Assembly: GCA_043800555.1 (NCBI GenBank)
Contig: JAZDMX010000003.1
Location: 175,531-239,530 of the forward strand
Direction: 5' to 3'
DNA: 64,000 nucleotides
DNA from: Candidatus Omnitrophota bacterium
GTDB lineage: Bacteria; Omnitrophota; Gorgyraeia; Gygaellales; Profunditerraquicolaceae
Made by a program: the position numbers and the translations under genes
The notes under the pieces: generated by a model
What the model saw: only the letters and a program-made list of their open reading frames with translations
The model's database searches: none
Told to the model about the DNA's origin: nothing
Shown here: positions 1 to 9,269 of the stretch, one piece after another
How positions within the stretch are numbered: the stretch's first letter is position 1
How the letters are laid out: each line of letters opens with the position of its first letter

Positions 1-1
1 T

Positions 2-205
2 TACCTGGAATGGTTAAACAATGTCGATGTTTTAGTTGAAGACAGCGAAGAAAATATCCTCCAGGCCAAAGAATTAGGGCTAAAAGGGATATTGGTAGCC
101 AAACCCTGGAACAAAAGCGGTTTATCGATTAAAGCGGCTTTGGCGCAAATAAATAAAATCATTGAGGAAGAGCCGGTTCTTTTGTTGCCGAAAGCAAAAC
201 GGTAA
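2..205 (+). CDS. C-terminal fragment of a HAD-superfamily hydrolase (NT5C/5'-nucleotidase-like); the 5' end lies upstream of the window
   Basis: Frame 2 is open from the window edge to TAA at 203-205. It reads ...VLVEDSEENILQAKELGLKGILVAKPWNKSGLSIKAALAQINKI..., typical of a HAD C-terminal cap/core. Confidence 0.35.
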   Translation, partial: YLEWLNNVDVLVEDSEENILQAKELGLKGILVAKPWNKSGLSIKAALAQINKIIEEEPVLLLPKAKR

Positions 206-227
206 AGTTATCCGGGTAAATAACGCT

Positions 228-2027
228 ATGGTTAAATTGTCCGATTATGTAATGCAGTATATCGCCGATTTAGGCGTGAAGAATGTTTTTATGCTCCCCG
301 GGGGCGGCTGTATGCACCTGGTGGATTCCTTGGGCCAAAACAAGAAATTAAAGTTTATCGTTAATTTGCATGAGCAGGCTTGCGCGATTGCCGCCGACGC
401 TTATAGCCAATATACCGGGAATCTCGGCGTAGCTTTAGTTACTACCGGGCCCGGAGGTACCAACGCGATTACCGGAGTGTGCGCTTCCTGGATCGAATCT
501 AGCCCTGTTTTGATTATTTCGGGCCAAGTCAAGAGGGCGGATTTAATGGCTGGCAAGGGGGTCCGTCAAATAGGCCCGCAGGAGATAGATATCGTTACCT
601 TGGTTAAACCGGTTACCAAATATGCGGTTACCGTTATGGACCCTAAAGACATAAGATACCATTTGGATAAGGCTGTTTATTTGGCCAAAGAAGCGAGGAT
701 GGGCCCGGTTTGGCTGGATATACCGTTGGATGTCCAGGGGGCGATTATCGATGAAGGTAAATTAAGAAAATTCATCAAGCCGAAACCGGTTAACCGGGAA
801 AAGGGCCTGGATAATAAGATTAACCGGCTAATAAAATTAATTAATCAATCTCATAGGCCGGTTATCTTAGCCGGTAACGGCATTAGGCTGGCCGGGGGAA
901 TTAGCCAATTCCGGAAATTGATAAAGCTGGCAAAAATCCCGGTATTAACCACTTGGAGGTTTCTGGATGTCTTAGGCCAAGACCACCGTTTATATGCCGG
1001 CAGGCCGGGTTCTATAGGGCAAAGAGGGGCAAATTTCGCGCAGCAAAATGCGGATTTGATAATTTGCATCGGGGCAAGGTTGGATGTGGCGCAAGCCGCC
1101 TATAACTATGATAATTTTGCCAGGAAAGCCAAGAAAATAATTGTCGATATCGATGAGCATGAAATAGGCAAAATACCCGTTAAAATCGATATGAAATTCA
1201 ATATGGACGCCGCGATGTTCTTAACCGCATTTTTAGCTAAGGCCAGCCGTATAAGATTAGATACCGGAAAGTGGCTGAACAGGTGCCGGGCCTGGAATAA
1301 GAAATACCCGGTTACCTTAGCCGAATTTAAACCAGAAAAGAAATACGTTAATACTTATGTGTTGGTTGACGCTTTGTCTGATGCCCTGGCTAAAGATGAC
1401 GTGATTGTCCCGGGCAGCTCCGGCAGCTGCAGCGAGATAACCATGCAGGCGTTTAAGGTTAAGCAGGGGCAGAGAATATTTAATTCTCCGGGGTTAGGCT
1501 CGATGGGGTTTGGCCTTCCGGCTAGTATTGGGGCTTGTTTTGCCAGCGGCAAGAAGCGGACTATTTGCCTGGTGGGAGACGGAGGGTTACAGCATAATAT
1601 TCAGGAATTAGAATTATTAAAAAGGCACCAGCTGCCGGTTAAAGTATTCGTTTTAAATAATAATGCTTACGCTTCCATCAGGGCCACTCATCAAAAGTTC
1701 TTTAACGGGCGCCTGACTGGCTGCGATCCTTCTTCTGGCTTGACTTTGCCGGATACGGTAAAAATAGCAGGCGCCTACGGGATAAAAACCTTTAGATTGA
1801 AGAATCAGGATGGAATCGGCAGTAAGATTAAAGAGGTTCTTGATTATGACGGGCCTGCGGTATGCGAGGTCATGGTCAATCCGGATTTGCTGACTCAACC
1901 TAAAGTGTCGTCGGAGGCTAAGCCGGATGGCCGGATGGTTTCTAAACCCATGGAAGACCTTTGGCCGTTTTTGGAGAGGAAAGAATTTAGGGCCAATATG
2001 ATTATAAGGCCTTTAGGGGCAAAATGA
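228..2027 (+). CDS. Thiamine-diphosphate-dependent enzyme of the acetolactate-synthase/YerE family; a candidate for attaching a two-carbon branch to an NDP-sugar
   Basis: ThDP-binding signature GDGG...(24)...NNN (LVGDGGLQHNIQ...VFVLNNNAYASI). The N-terminal pyrimidine-binding domain GGGCMHLVD is present. The track ORF begins at 162, but the first conserved residues start at the ATG at 228 (MVKLSDYVMQYIADLG). Confidence 0.8.
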   Translation: MVKLSDYVMQYIADLGVKNVFMLPGGGCMHLVDSLGQNKKLKFIVNLHEQACAIAADAYSQYTGNLGVALVTTGPGGTNAITGVCASWIESSPVLIISGQVKRADLMAGKGVRQIGPQEIDIVTLVKPVTKYAVTVMDPKDIRYHLDKAVYLAKEARMGPVWLDIPLDVQGAIIDEGKLRKFIKPKPVNREKGLDNKINRLIKLINQSHRPVILAGNGIRLAGGISQFRKLIKLAKIPVLTTWRFLDVLGQDHRLYAGRPGSIGQRGANFAQQNADLIICIGARLDVAQAAYNYDNFARKAKKIIVDIDEHEIGKIPVKIDMKFNMDAAMFLTAFLAKASRIRLDTGKWLNRCRAWNKKYPVTLAEFKPEKKYVNTYVLVDALSDALAKDDVIVPGSSGSCSEITMQAFKVKQGQRIFNSPGLGSMGFGLPASIGACFASGKKRTICLVGDGGLQHNIQELELLKRHQLPVKVFVLNNNAYASIRATHQKFFNGRLTGCDPSSGLTLPDTVKIAGAYGIKTFRLKNQDGIGSKIKEVLDYDGPAVCEVMVNPDLLTQPKVSSEAKPDGRMVSKPMEDLWPFLERKEFRANMIIRPLGAK

Positions 2028-2893
2028 AGATACTGATAACCGGTGGCAGCGGCTTTATCGCCAGGAACCTCTTTGAAGGCCTGGAGGCTGATTACGAAGT
2101 CATCTCGCGCAATAGCAAAGAGCTTGACCTTTTGGATGCCGAGAGAGTCTTTGACTATATCAAGTCCGGAAGTTTCGATGCGGTAATTCACGCTGCTACC
2201 TATGACGCCGCGCCAAGGTATTCCACGAAAGACCCGGCAAAAGTCCTGGAATATAATTTAAGGATGTTTTTTAACATCGCCAGGTGCGCAGATTCCTTCG
2301 GGAAGATGATCTACTTTGGTTCGGGCGCGGAGTTTTCCAGGGAAAATTGGGCGCCTAGGATGAAAGAGGCGTATTTTGACCGGCATATCCCCCGGGACCA
2401 GTATGGCTTCTCAAAATACGTGATGACTAAATACGCGCAGGTAGCCGGCAATATATACAATCTCAGGCTTTTTGGCGTATTCGGAAAATACGATGACTGG
2501 CGGACCCGCTTTATCCCTAATGCCTGCTCGCAAGCCGTTTTGGGATTACCCGTAATCATTAATCAAAACAGGTTTTTTGATTTTATTTACATCAAAGACC
2601 TGGTAAAAATCGTCAGATGGTTTATTGCCCATAAGCCGAAAGAGAAAATATATAATGTTTGCTCGGGGGAAGTAATTGATTTTAAATCTATAGGCGAAAT
2701 GATCGTTAAAACATCGAATAAGAAACTGGATATAATGGTTGAGTCCGATGGGTTGGCCAGGGAATATAGCGGGGATAACGCGCTGCTTTTGAAGGAATTG
2801 AACGGTTTTAAATTCAGCCCGATGGATGATTCCGTAAAAGAGCTGTACCATTGGTATGATCAGAACGCTTTAATTTTTAAAGATAAGAGATGA
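2024..2893 (+). CDS. NAD(P)-dependent epimerase/dehydratase (extended SDR); probably an NDP-sugar 4-reductase or epimerase
   Basis: N-terminal Rossmann motif ILITGGSGFIARNL. ATGA overlap with the upstream gene. Length 289 aa. Confidence 0.8.
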   Translation: MKILITGGSGFIARNLFEGLEADYEVISRNSKELDLLDAERVFDYIKSGSFDAVIHAATYDAAPRYSTKDPAKVLEYNLRMFFNIARCADSFGKMIYFGSGAEFSRENWAPRMKEAYFDRHIPRDQYGFSKYVMTKYAQVAGNIYNLRLFGVFGKYDDWRTRFIPNACSQAVLGLPVIINQNRFFDFIYIKDLVKIVRWFIAHKPKEKIYNVCSGEVIDFKSIGEMIVKTSNKKLDIMVESDGLAREYSGDNALLLKELNGFKFSPMDDSVKELYHWYDQNALIFKDKR

Positions 2894-3951
2894 CTCAAGA
2901 GGCCAGCGGCGTGCCCGGGAACATTAAGAAGGTATCGTTAGTAAAGGGGAAGAATAGTTACGATAATATCAAGCGGTCTTTGGATCTTATCAGGCCGGAT
3001 TTAGATGGCATAAAGGGCAAGAAAAATATCCTTCTAAAGCCTAATTTGACCGCCACTAAAAACAGGTTTGCGAATACTGACGCAAGATCCGTGGAGGCGG
3101 TTTTAGATTTCCTGCTGGATAATTTTCCTCAACTGCGCCAAAGCGAGTTTACGATACTGGAGGGCAGCGGAAGCGCTTTTTACGAAAAAACAACTACCCG
3201 GGAAGTTTTCAGGAAATTCGGTTATTTAGATTTATGCAAGAAATACAAGAATGTGAAGTGCGAATTCATCGAAGATTTCAAGGATTTCTCCGAGATACAG
3301 ATTATGTCTATCGCCGGGCATGAGAAAATAAAAGTTATAAGCCGTTTTCTGGACTTTGATTTCCGGGTGTCGGTTGCCGTGCCGAAGACGCATAACTATG
3401 CGATTGCCACCTTTGGGATAAAGAATATGGCGGGTTTGATTAAACAGGAGGACAAATCCATGTTGCACGGGTTGCGCACACCCAGCGCCCCCAACGCGAA
3501 AACGGTATTTACCTATTTGCCGACATCCTGGATTTCCTGGTTACGGCGAAAATCTCCGGATTTAGCCAATTTTATTTTCAAAAAATCAATCGCTTATCTC
3601 AAGGCGACAAAAGTCATCCATCATAATATTGCCGAATTGGCAAAATTTACCTGGCCGGACCTTGTGGTGCTGGATGGATTTTGCTGTATGGACGGTAACG
3701 GCCCGGTGGACGGTTTCCCTGTAAATTTGGAGGCTGCCGTGAGTTCTACCGATCCCCTTAAAGCAGACGGTATCGGCGCCAGGCTGTTGGGGATTGAGCC
3801 GGAAGATATCGGGTATCTTTATTATCTTCAGGAGGCCGGTTTGGGCAGCTATTCCTTGGATGGCCTCCGGGGAGACAAATTGGAAGAAGTCAGGCAAAAC
3901 TTTAAGCTGCATCCGACATACAGTATCCAAAAGAAATGGAAGGATAATTAA
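2890..3951 (+). CDS. DUF362 family protein (predicted Fe-S/redox-associated protein)
   Basis: Characteristic ILLKPNL motif and overall DUF362-like composition. Translationally coupled to the upstream gene. Confidence 0.55.
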   Translation: MTQEASGVPGNIKKVSLVKGKNSYDNIKRSLDLIRPDLDGIKGKKNILLKPNLTATKNRFANTDARSVEAVLDFLLDNFPQLRQSEFTILEGSGSAFYEKTTTREVFRKFGYLDLCKKYKNVKCEFIEDFKDFSEIQIMSIAGHEKIKVISRFLDFDFRVSVAVPKTHNYAIATFGIKNMAGLIKQEDKSMLHGLRTPSAPNAKTVFTYLPTSWISWLRRKSPDLANFIFKKSIAYLKATKVIHHNIAELAKFTWPDLVVLDGFCCMDGNGPVDGFPVNLEAAVSSTDPLKADGIGARLLGIEPEDIGYLYYLQEAGLGSYSLDGLRGDKLEEVRQNFKLHPTYSIQKKWKDN

Positions 3952-4000
3952 TCCTGGCGCAGGAGAAATCAGCCGGTCATGAGCTGAGGAGGCCGTTTAT

Positions 4001-5137
4001 ATGGTAATCAATAACTGCAGGCTATGCGGCAATGAATTTTTCCCCAACCCTCTGTTGCGTTATGAGAATATGCCTAAGTCTGCCCAGTTTTTGCCCGATT
4101 CTTCCTCAATCGGAAGCGACAAAGGGGTTAGCCTGGAGGTTTGCCAGTGCTCCGGATGCGGGTTGGCGCAGTTAAATAGCGCCCCTGTCCCTTATTATAA
4201 AGAAGTAATCCGGGCGGTTGGTTTTTCCGAAGAAATGAAACAGTTCCGGAGAAATCAATTCGCCGGTTTAATCAAGAAATATGCCCTTAAAGGCAAGAAG
4301 ATTATTGAGATAGGCTGCGGGAGAGGGGAGTACCTTTCTATCTTGGGAAAATTAGGCGTAGATGCCTATGGCTTGGAGTATTCCGAAGAAGCGCGAAAGG
4401 ACTGCGTCAATAGCGGGCTTAGAGTTTCAAAGGGTTTTGTTGATAGAGGCGATTGCGCCTTAAAAGAGGGGCCGTTTGAGGCGTTCTTTATCTTAAGTTT
4501 TCTTGAACATCTGCCGGATTTAAACGGGGCGCTTAGAGGTATCTATAATAATCTGGTTGAACATTCGGTTGGGCTGGTCGAAGTCCCGAATTTTGATATG
4601 ATCTTACGCAACAATCTTTTTTCCGAATTCATAAGCGACCACCTTTTTTATTTTACCAGGCAAACTTTAAAAACCGCCTTGGAGCTGAACGGATTTGAAG
4701 TCATGCAATGTAAAGAGATTTGGAATGATTATATAATTTCCGCGGTCGTTAAGAAGAAAGTCGCGTTGGATATAGCGCATTTTTATGAATTCCAGGCAAA
4801 GCTTAAGGCTGAAATCGAGGCATACATCCTTCGTTTTAAGGATCAGGGGGTAGCTATCTGGGGCGCCGGGCATCAAGCCCTGGCAGTTATTTCCTTGGCC
4901 GGTTTATCCGGAAAGATAAAATATGTCGTCGATTCAGCCACTTTTAAGCAAGGTAAGTTCACTCCGGCTACGCACATCCGGATAGTTCCTCCGAGCGCGC
5001 TTAAGGAAGACCCCGTAGGCGCGATTATTGTGATGGCTGCCAGCTATTCGGATGAAGTTGCCCGGATCATCCTCAAGAAGTTCGGCAGAAGGATGCGGGT
5101 TTGCGTATTGAGGGATTTTAGGTTAGAAGATGCCTGA
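4001..5137 (+). CDS. NDP-hexose C-methyltransferase (TylC3-like): N-terminal Zn-ribbon, class I SAM methyltransferase core and C-methyltransferase C-terminal domain
   Basis: Zn-ribbon CRLCGNEF...CQCSGCGLAQ. SAM motif IIEIGCGRGEY. C-terminal Rossmann region VAIWGAGHQALAVISLAGLSGKIKYVVDSATFKQGKF. Confidence 0.8.
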   Translation: MVINNCRLCGNEFFPNPLLRYENMPKSAQFLPDSSSIGSDKGVSLEVCQCSGCGLAQLNSAPVPYYKEVIRAVGFSEEMKQFRRNQFAGLIKKYALKGKKIIEIGCGRGEYLSILGKLGVDAYGLEYSEEARKDCVNSGLRVSKGFVDRGDCALKEGPFEAFFILSFLEHLPDLNGALRGIYNNLVEHSVGLVEVPNFDMILRNNLFSEFISDHLFYFTRQTLKTALELNGFEVMQCKEIWNDYIISAVVKKKVALDIAHFYEFQAKLKAEIEAYILRFKDQGVAIWGAGHQALAVISLAGLSGKIKYVVDSATFKQGKFTPATHIRIVPPSALKEDPVGAIIVMAASYSDEVARIILKKFGRRMRVCVLRDFRLEDA

Positions 5138-5660
5138 AGATTTGGTAAGCGTTATAGTCCCTGTGTATAACAGCGAGCAATTCCTTTGCCGTTGCCTGGA
5201 TAGCGTTATCGGCCAGGAGTATAGGAATATCGAAGTTGTGCTTGTAAATGACGGCTCAACCGATAAGAGCGCGGAATTATGCGAGTGCTATGCGCGCAGG
5301 GATAAAAGGGTCAAGCTGATACATAGTAAAAATAACGGGCCGGCGCAAGCCAGAAATATCGGAATTGAGAATGCGGTCGGAGATTTCATATTTTTTGTTG
5401 ATTCCGATGATTTTATCGAAAATAACGCGTTAAGCGTATTGATTGATAATTACAGAAGGACAAACGCGGACGTAATCATCGGGGATGCCCGCAGCGTTAA
5501 AGACGGTATTTTAGGCCCCGGGTATAAAGGCTGTTTTTTAGAGACCAAGCTATTAGTAAGGCAGGAAATAGCCGATTACGCCAGGCAGTATTTAAAAAAG
5601 CCGAACAGATTCACGTTATTTGCCTATTCCTGGGAAGGTTATTTAAATCTTCTACCCTAA
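5130..5660 (+). CDS. Family 2 glycosyltransferase, N-terminal part of an interrupted gene
   Basis: GT2 N-terminus VSVIVPVYNSEQFL...VVLVNDGSTDKS with DXD motif FFVDSDDF. The ORF ends at 5660 in the middle of the GT2 fold. Confidence 0.75.
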   Translation: MPEDLVSVIVPVYNSEQFLCRCLDSVIGQEYRNIEVVLVNDGSTDKSAELCECYARRDKRVKLIHSKNNGPAQARNIGIENAVGDFIFFVDSDDFIENNALSVLIDNYRRTNADVIIGDARSVKDGILGPGYKGCFLETKLLVRQEIADYARQYLKKPNRFTLFAYSWEGYLNLLP

Positions 5661-5671
5661 AGAATAACCAT

Positions 5672-6187
5672 GTGTTTTTTAACACCGATTTGCATACATT
5701 TGAAGATGTGGCCTTTAATTTTGATTACTTAAACTACGCGGAAAAAGTATTGTTCTTGAAAGAGCCCGTATACAACCATTTGCTCCACAATAATTATCTG
5801 TCGGCGACCATGGCGGTATCGGACAAGCCTATGGCTTTATGCGGGTATAGGCAGGCCCTTTATAATATAGGCGAATTCCTTAGGCGGGCCAATTCCGGGG
5901 CGGACGTAATCAGGGAAACCGGGCATGCGTTTGTTTGCTTGACTATAATTCAATTAGTCCGCGCCTGCGGGCAGATTAATAACGCAAACAGGCACAAGAT
6001 TACCGGGTTTATCCGCGAATTAATTAACGACCCGGAACTTAAGAAAAACCTGGGTTATTATGCCCCTTCAAGCGGCGATAGCAGGGTCCTTCCTTTTTTA
6101 ATGAGGTTTAAGCTTGTATGGTTGATCGTTTTGGTTTCTAGGTATAAGGCCGGAAAAAGGTACAAAAAGGCAGGCGTTATTAAATGA
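5672..6187 (+). CDS. Family 2 glycosyltransferase, C-terminal part; continuous with 5130..5660 after a -1 frame change
   Basis: The -1 frame is open from 5528 and reads ...SSTLKNNHVFFNTDLHTFEDVAFNFDY..., a typical GT2 C-terminal half. The track places a GTG start at 5672. Confidence 0.65.
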   Translation: MFFNTDLHTFEDVAFNFDYLNYAEKVLFLKEPVYNHLLHNNYLSATMAVSDKPMALCGYRQALYNIGEFLRRANSGADVIRETGHAFVCLTIIQLVRACGQINNANRHKITGFIRELINDPELKKNLGYYAPSSGDSRVLPFLMRFKLVWLIVLVSRYKAGKRYKKAGVIK

Positions 6188-7419
6188 ATTTTATGAAGGC
6201 TTTATCGGGAGAAGAAATTATTGAGCGCATTAAGGCAGCGGGGGCGCCGGTAATAATATTCGGCGCCGGGGTTGCCGGGGAGGCGCTCTATTATGCCTGC
6301 CTTGAGGCGGGAATCAAGATCGCCTCTTTTTGCGACAATAATATCAATAAGGTTAAATTCCGCCTATGCGATACAAAAGTGGTCCATACCCGGGATTTAA
6401 AAGCGCGATATAAAGATGCCTTGTTCTTGATATCTGCTGCCGATATCCAGGACGTGATTAGCCAATTGCGGGATTTAGGGCTATCCAAGTGGTACCCAGC
6501 TAGCCCGTTATTGAGGGGTTTTGACGCACATCGGCATAAATTCAGCGCCCCTTTGGATTTTGTCGAATACGCGGTAGCTACTTGCATCCTATGCCAGGAG
6601 AGTTATTTAGACCCGGATAAGCTGTTTTTAAGGAGCCTGGACATTATTGTTACGGAGCGTTGTTCCCTGAAGTGCGTTAATTGTTCCAACCTTATGCAGT
6701 ATTACGGCAAGCCCGTTGATTGCGGTATCAATGAATTAATGCTGTCTATCGGCAGGTTTTGTGATATTATCGATGAGATTAACGAATTCCGGGTGATCGG
6801 CGGAGAGCCGTTTATGAATAAGGATTTTCATTTAATCGTCAAGAGGCTGGTTGATGAGCCTAAGGCCAAAAAAGTGGTTGTTTATACCAATGGCACAATC
6901 GTCCCCGCTGCGGGCCAGATGGAGCCTTTAAAGAGCGAAAAGGTGCTTTTTATTATTACCGATTACGGCAAGTTATCGAGAAACTTAGATAGCCTGGCAA
7001 GCGCCTTGAAACAAAACAGGATAGCTTATTACGTGCAGAAGGCCCAGGGATGGACTGATTGCGCTAAGATTATAGAGCACCATCGCACCGAAAAAGAGCA
7101 GAAAGAATTATTTAGAAACTGTTGCGCCAAGAATACTTTTACTTTGTCTGACGCTAAATTGTACAGGTGCCCGTTTTCCGCCAATTGCGACAGGCTCCGG
7201 GCGGTTCCCGCGCAGGAAGATGATTCTGTGGATATTTTTCGGTATTCGGGAGAAGGAAAAGATACGCTAGAAGCGAAAAACAGGATCAGGGCCTTTTTAA
7301 CGCAGAAGCAATACCTTGGGGCATGCGATTATTGCAATGGCAGGCCGTTTACGGCATCCGAAATAACTCCTGCTGTTCAAACGCCTAAGCCCTTAGAGTA
7401 CGATATCAAACAAAAATGA
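6184..7419 (+). CDS. Radical SAM / SPASM-domain enzyme with an N-terminal C-methyltransferase-type NDP-sugar-binding Rossmann domain
   Basis: CX3CX2C motif CSLKCVNC. C-terminal Cys-rich SPASM/twitch region (YRCPFSANCDRL...CDYCNGRP). N-terminal VIIFGAGVAGEALYYACLEAGIKIASFCDNNINKVKF resembles the PF08484-like domain of 4001..5137. Confidence 0.8.
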   Translation: MNFMKALSGEEIIERIKAAGAPVIIFGAGVAGEALYYACLEAGIKIASFCDNNINKVKFRLCDTKVVHTRDLKARYKDALFLISAADIQDVISQLRDLGLSKWYPASPLLRGFDAHRHKFSAPLDFVEYAVATCILCQESYLDPDKLFLRSLDIIVTERCSLKCVNCSNLMQYYGKPVDCGINELMLSIGRFCDIIDEINEFRVIGGEPFMNKDFHLIVKRLVDEPKAKKVVVYTNGTIVPAAGQMEPLKSEKVLFIITDYGKLSRNLDSLASALKQNRIAYYVQKAQGWTDCAKIIEHHRTEKEQKELFRNCCAKNTFTLSDAKLYRCPFSANCDRLRAVPAQEDDSVDIFRYSGEGKDTLEAKNRIRAFLTQKQYLGACDYCNGRPFTASEITPAVQTPKPLEYDIKQK

Positions 7420-9242
7420 GAAAGAAGCTGAATTATCTTTTGGTGATGCCGCGCTTGGTCCAGAATATCGGAGACGGTTATTCGTTTCCGCTGGGCATCG
7501 CCTATATATCATCGAGCATGAAAAAGGCAGGCTATAACGTTTGGGCGGTTAATCTGAACCACCGGCAGGGAGAGATTGACCGGTTAATCAGGGATGCCAT
7601 CCAGGAGCATAAAATAGATGTCGTGGCTACGGGAGGCTTGTCGTTCCAATACAATACGGTCAAAATGGTAATTGAAGCAGCTAAGCGCGCCAAGGGACAG
7701 GTCATTACTATTGTCGGAGGGGGAATAATCTCCGGTGATCCCGGGCCGGCCATGGAGGCCTTGGAATACGCGGATTACGGGGTTATCGGAGAAGGAGAGG
7801 TTACTATAAATGAATTATGCCGGGCGCTTGAGTCTGGCGAAGAACCCGGTAAGGTTGACGGAATAATTTACAGGAAGGGCAACGCTTTCAAGACGACAAT
7901 GCCCCGTCGGGAGATAGAGAATATCGATTCCATGCCCCTCCCGGATTATCAGGGCTTTGAGATTGAGAAATATTTATCCTCCGCGCCCCCGGGCATAAGC
8001 GGGTTAAACAAACAAAATACCGTTTTTATGCTCGCCAGCCGTTCCTGCCCGTATAATTGCACGTTTTGTTTCCACACTACCGGCAGGAAATACCGCCAGA
8101 GGTCATTGGATAGTTTTTTTGAAGAACTTGATTATATGGTTTCCAAATATAATATCGAATTCGTATGTTTGGCTGACGAGCTTTTTGCCCGCAACATTAA
8201 AAGGGTAAGGGAATTCTGCGAAAGAATTAAGAAGTACGATATTAGATGGTGGGCGCAATTCAGGGTAGACGACATAACCCCGGAGTTATTGAATATCCTT
8301 AAAGATGGCAGGTGCGAGGTTATGTCGTTTGGCCTGGAGAGCGCGGATAACCGCGTGTTGAAAAGCATGCGTAAGGGGACTACGGTGGAGCAGATCGAGC
8401 GGACGCTCAAGCTTGTTTATGATTCCGGGATATCCTTTGAAGGGGCATTTATATTCGGCGATATCGCCGAGACCCCGGAAACCGCCGCTAATACCCTTGA
8501 CTGGTGGCGCCGGCATTCCGAATACAGGATCACCTTGAACCTGATTACGGTATATCCGGGTTCATATCTTTATAAATACGCCTGCCAGAATAAGATTATC
8601 AAGGATAGGGCCCGGTTTTTAAAGGAAGGATGCCCGCAGATAAATGTCTCTAAGCTTACGGACCAGGAACTCTCCGGATTAATCAAGCATTTTATGGATG
8701 CCCCGGTGAGCCTGACCAAGCCGCTTGCCTCGGCAAGCCTTAAAGGTATCGATTATAAAACCGGCAGGATCGGCATAAATGGCCTATGCACGCTTTGCAA
8801 GCAGGAGAATGATTGGGAGAATATAAAACTTTTTACCATGAATTTTCTTTCTTGTAAGGGCTGCGGCCAGAAATACAACGTCCCGTTTATCGAAAGCCTC
8901 CGGCTGAATATAGAAAAGAATATAACGGGTTTATTGAATAAATACGGTAAGGTGGCGGTGTGGGGGATAAATTACCATACCGTTGATTTGTTCAAGAATT
9001 CCGTAGCCCTAAAGGACAAAAACATATATCCGGTTGATATCTCGGAAACAAAACGGAAGATGGATTTGTTCGGGAAGAAGATTCACCCTCCTGAAATTAT
9101 AGACGCCGAGGATATCAGGGTAGTGGTCATTCCGGTTCCGGTATATTTTACGCAGATCAAATCGCAAATTGAATCAAGCCATAAAAATGTTGCGGATATA
9201 ATCGATATCTGCAGGCTCACTGACCCCGGTTATAAGCTATAA
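7416..9242 (+). CDS. Cobalamin-binding (class B) radical SAM enzyme fused to a Zn-ribbon and a C-methyltransferase C-terminal-like domain
   Basis: B12-binding domain (VVATGG...GEGE). rSAM motif CPYNCTFC. Zn-ribbon CTLCKQEN...CKGCGQKYN. C-terminal VAVWGINYHTVDLF...YPVDISETKRKMDLFGKK aligns with the C-terminus of 4001..5137. Confidence 0.85.
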   Translation: MRKKLNYLLVMPRLVQNIGDGYSFPLGIAYISSSMKKAGYNVWAVNLNHRQGEIDRLIRDAIQEHKIDVVATGGLSFQYNTVKMVIEAAKRAKGQVITIVGGGIISGDPGPAMEALEYADYGVIGEGEVTINELCRALESGEEPGKVDGIIYRKGNAFKTTMPRREIENIDSMPLPDYQGFEIEKYLSSAPPGISGLNKQNTVFMLASRSCPYNCTFCFHTTGRKYRQRSLDSFFEELDYMVSKYNIEFVCLADELFARNIKRVREFCERIKKYDIRWWAQFRVDDITPELLNILKDGRCEVMSFGLESADNRVLKSMRKGTTVEQIERTLKLVYDSGISFEGAFIFGDIAETPETAANTLDWWRRHSEYRITLNLITVYPGSYLYKYACQNKIIKDRARFLKEGCPQINVSKLTDQELSGLIKHFMDAPVSLTKPLASASLKGIDYKTGRIGINGLCTLCKQENDWENIKLFTMNFLSCKGCGQKYNVPFIESLRLNIEKNITGLLNKYGKVAVWGINYHTVDLFKNSVALKDKNIYPVDISETKRKMDLFGKKIHPPEIIDAEDIRVVVIPVPVYFTQIKSQIESSHKNVADIIDICRLTDPGYKL

Positions 9243-9269
9243 GCGAAAAACTCAAAAACGAGGCCGAAA

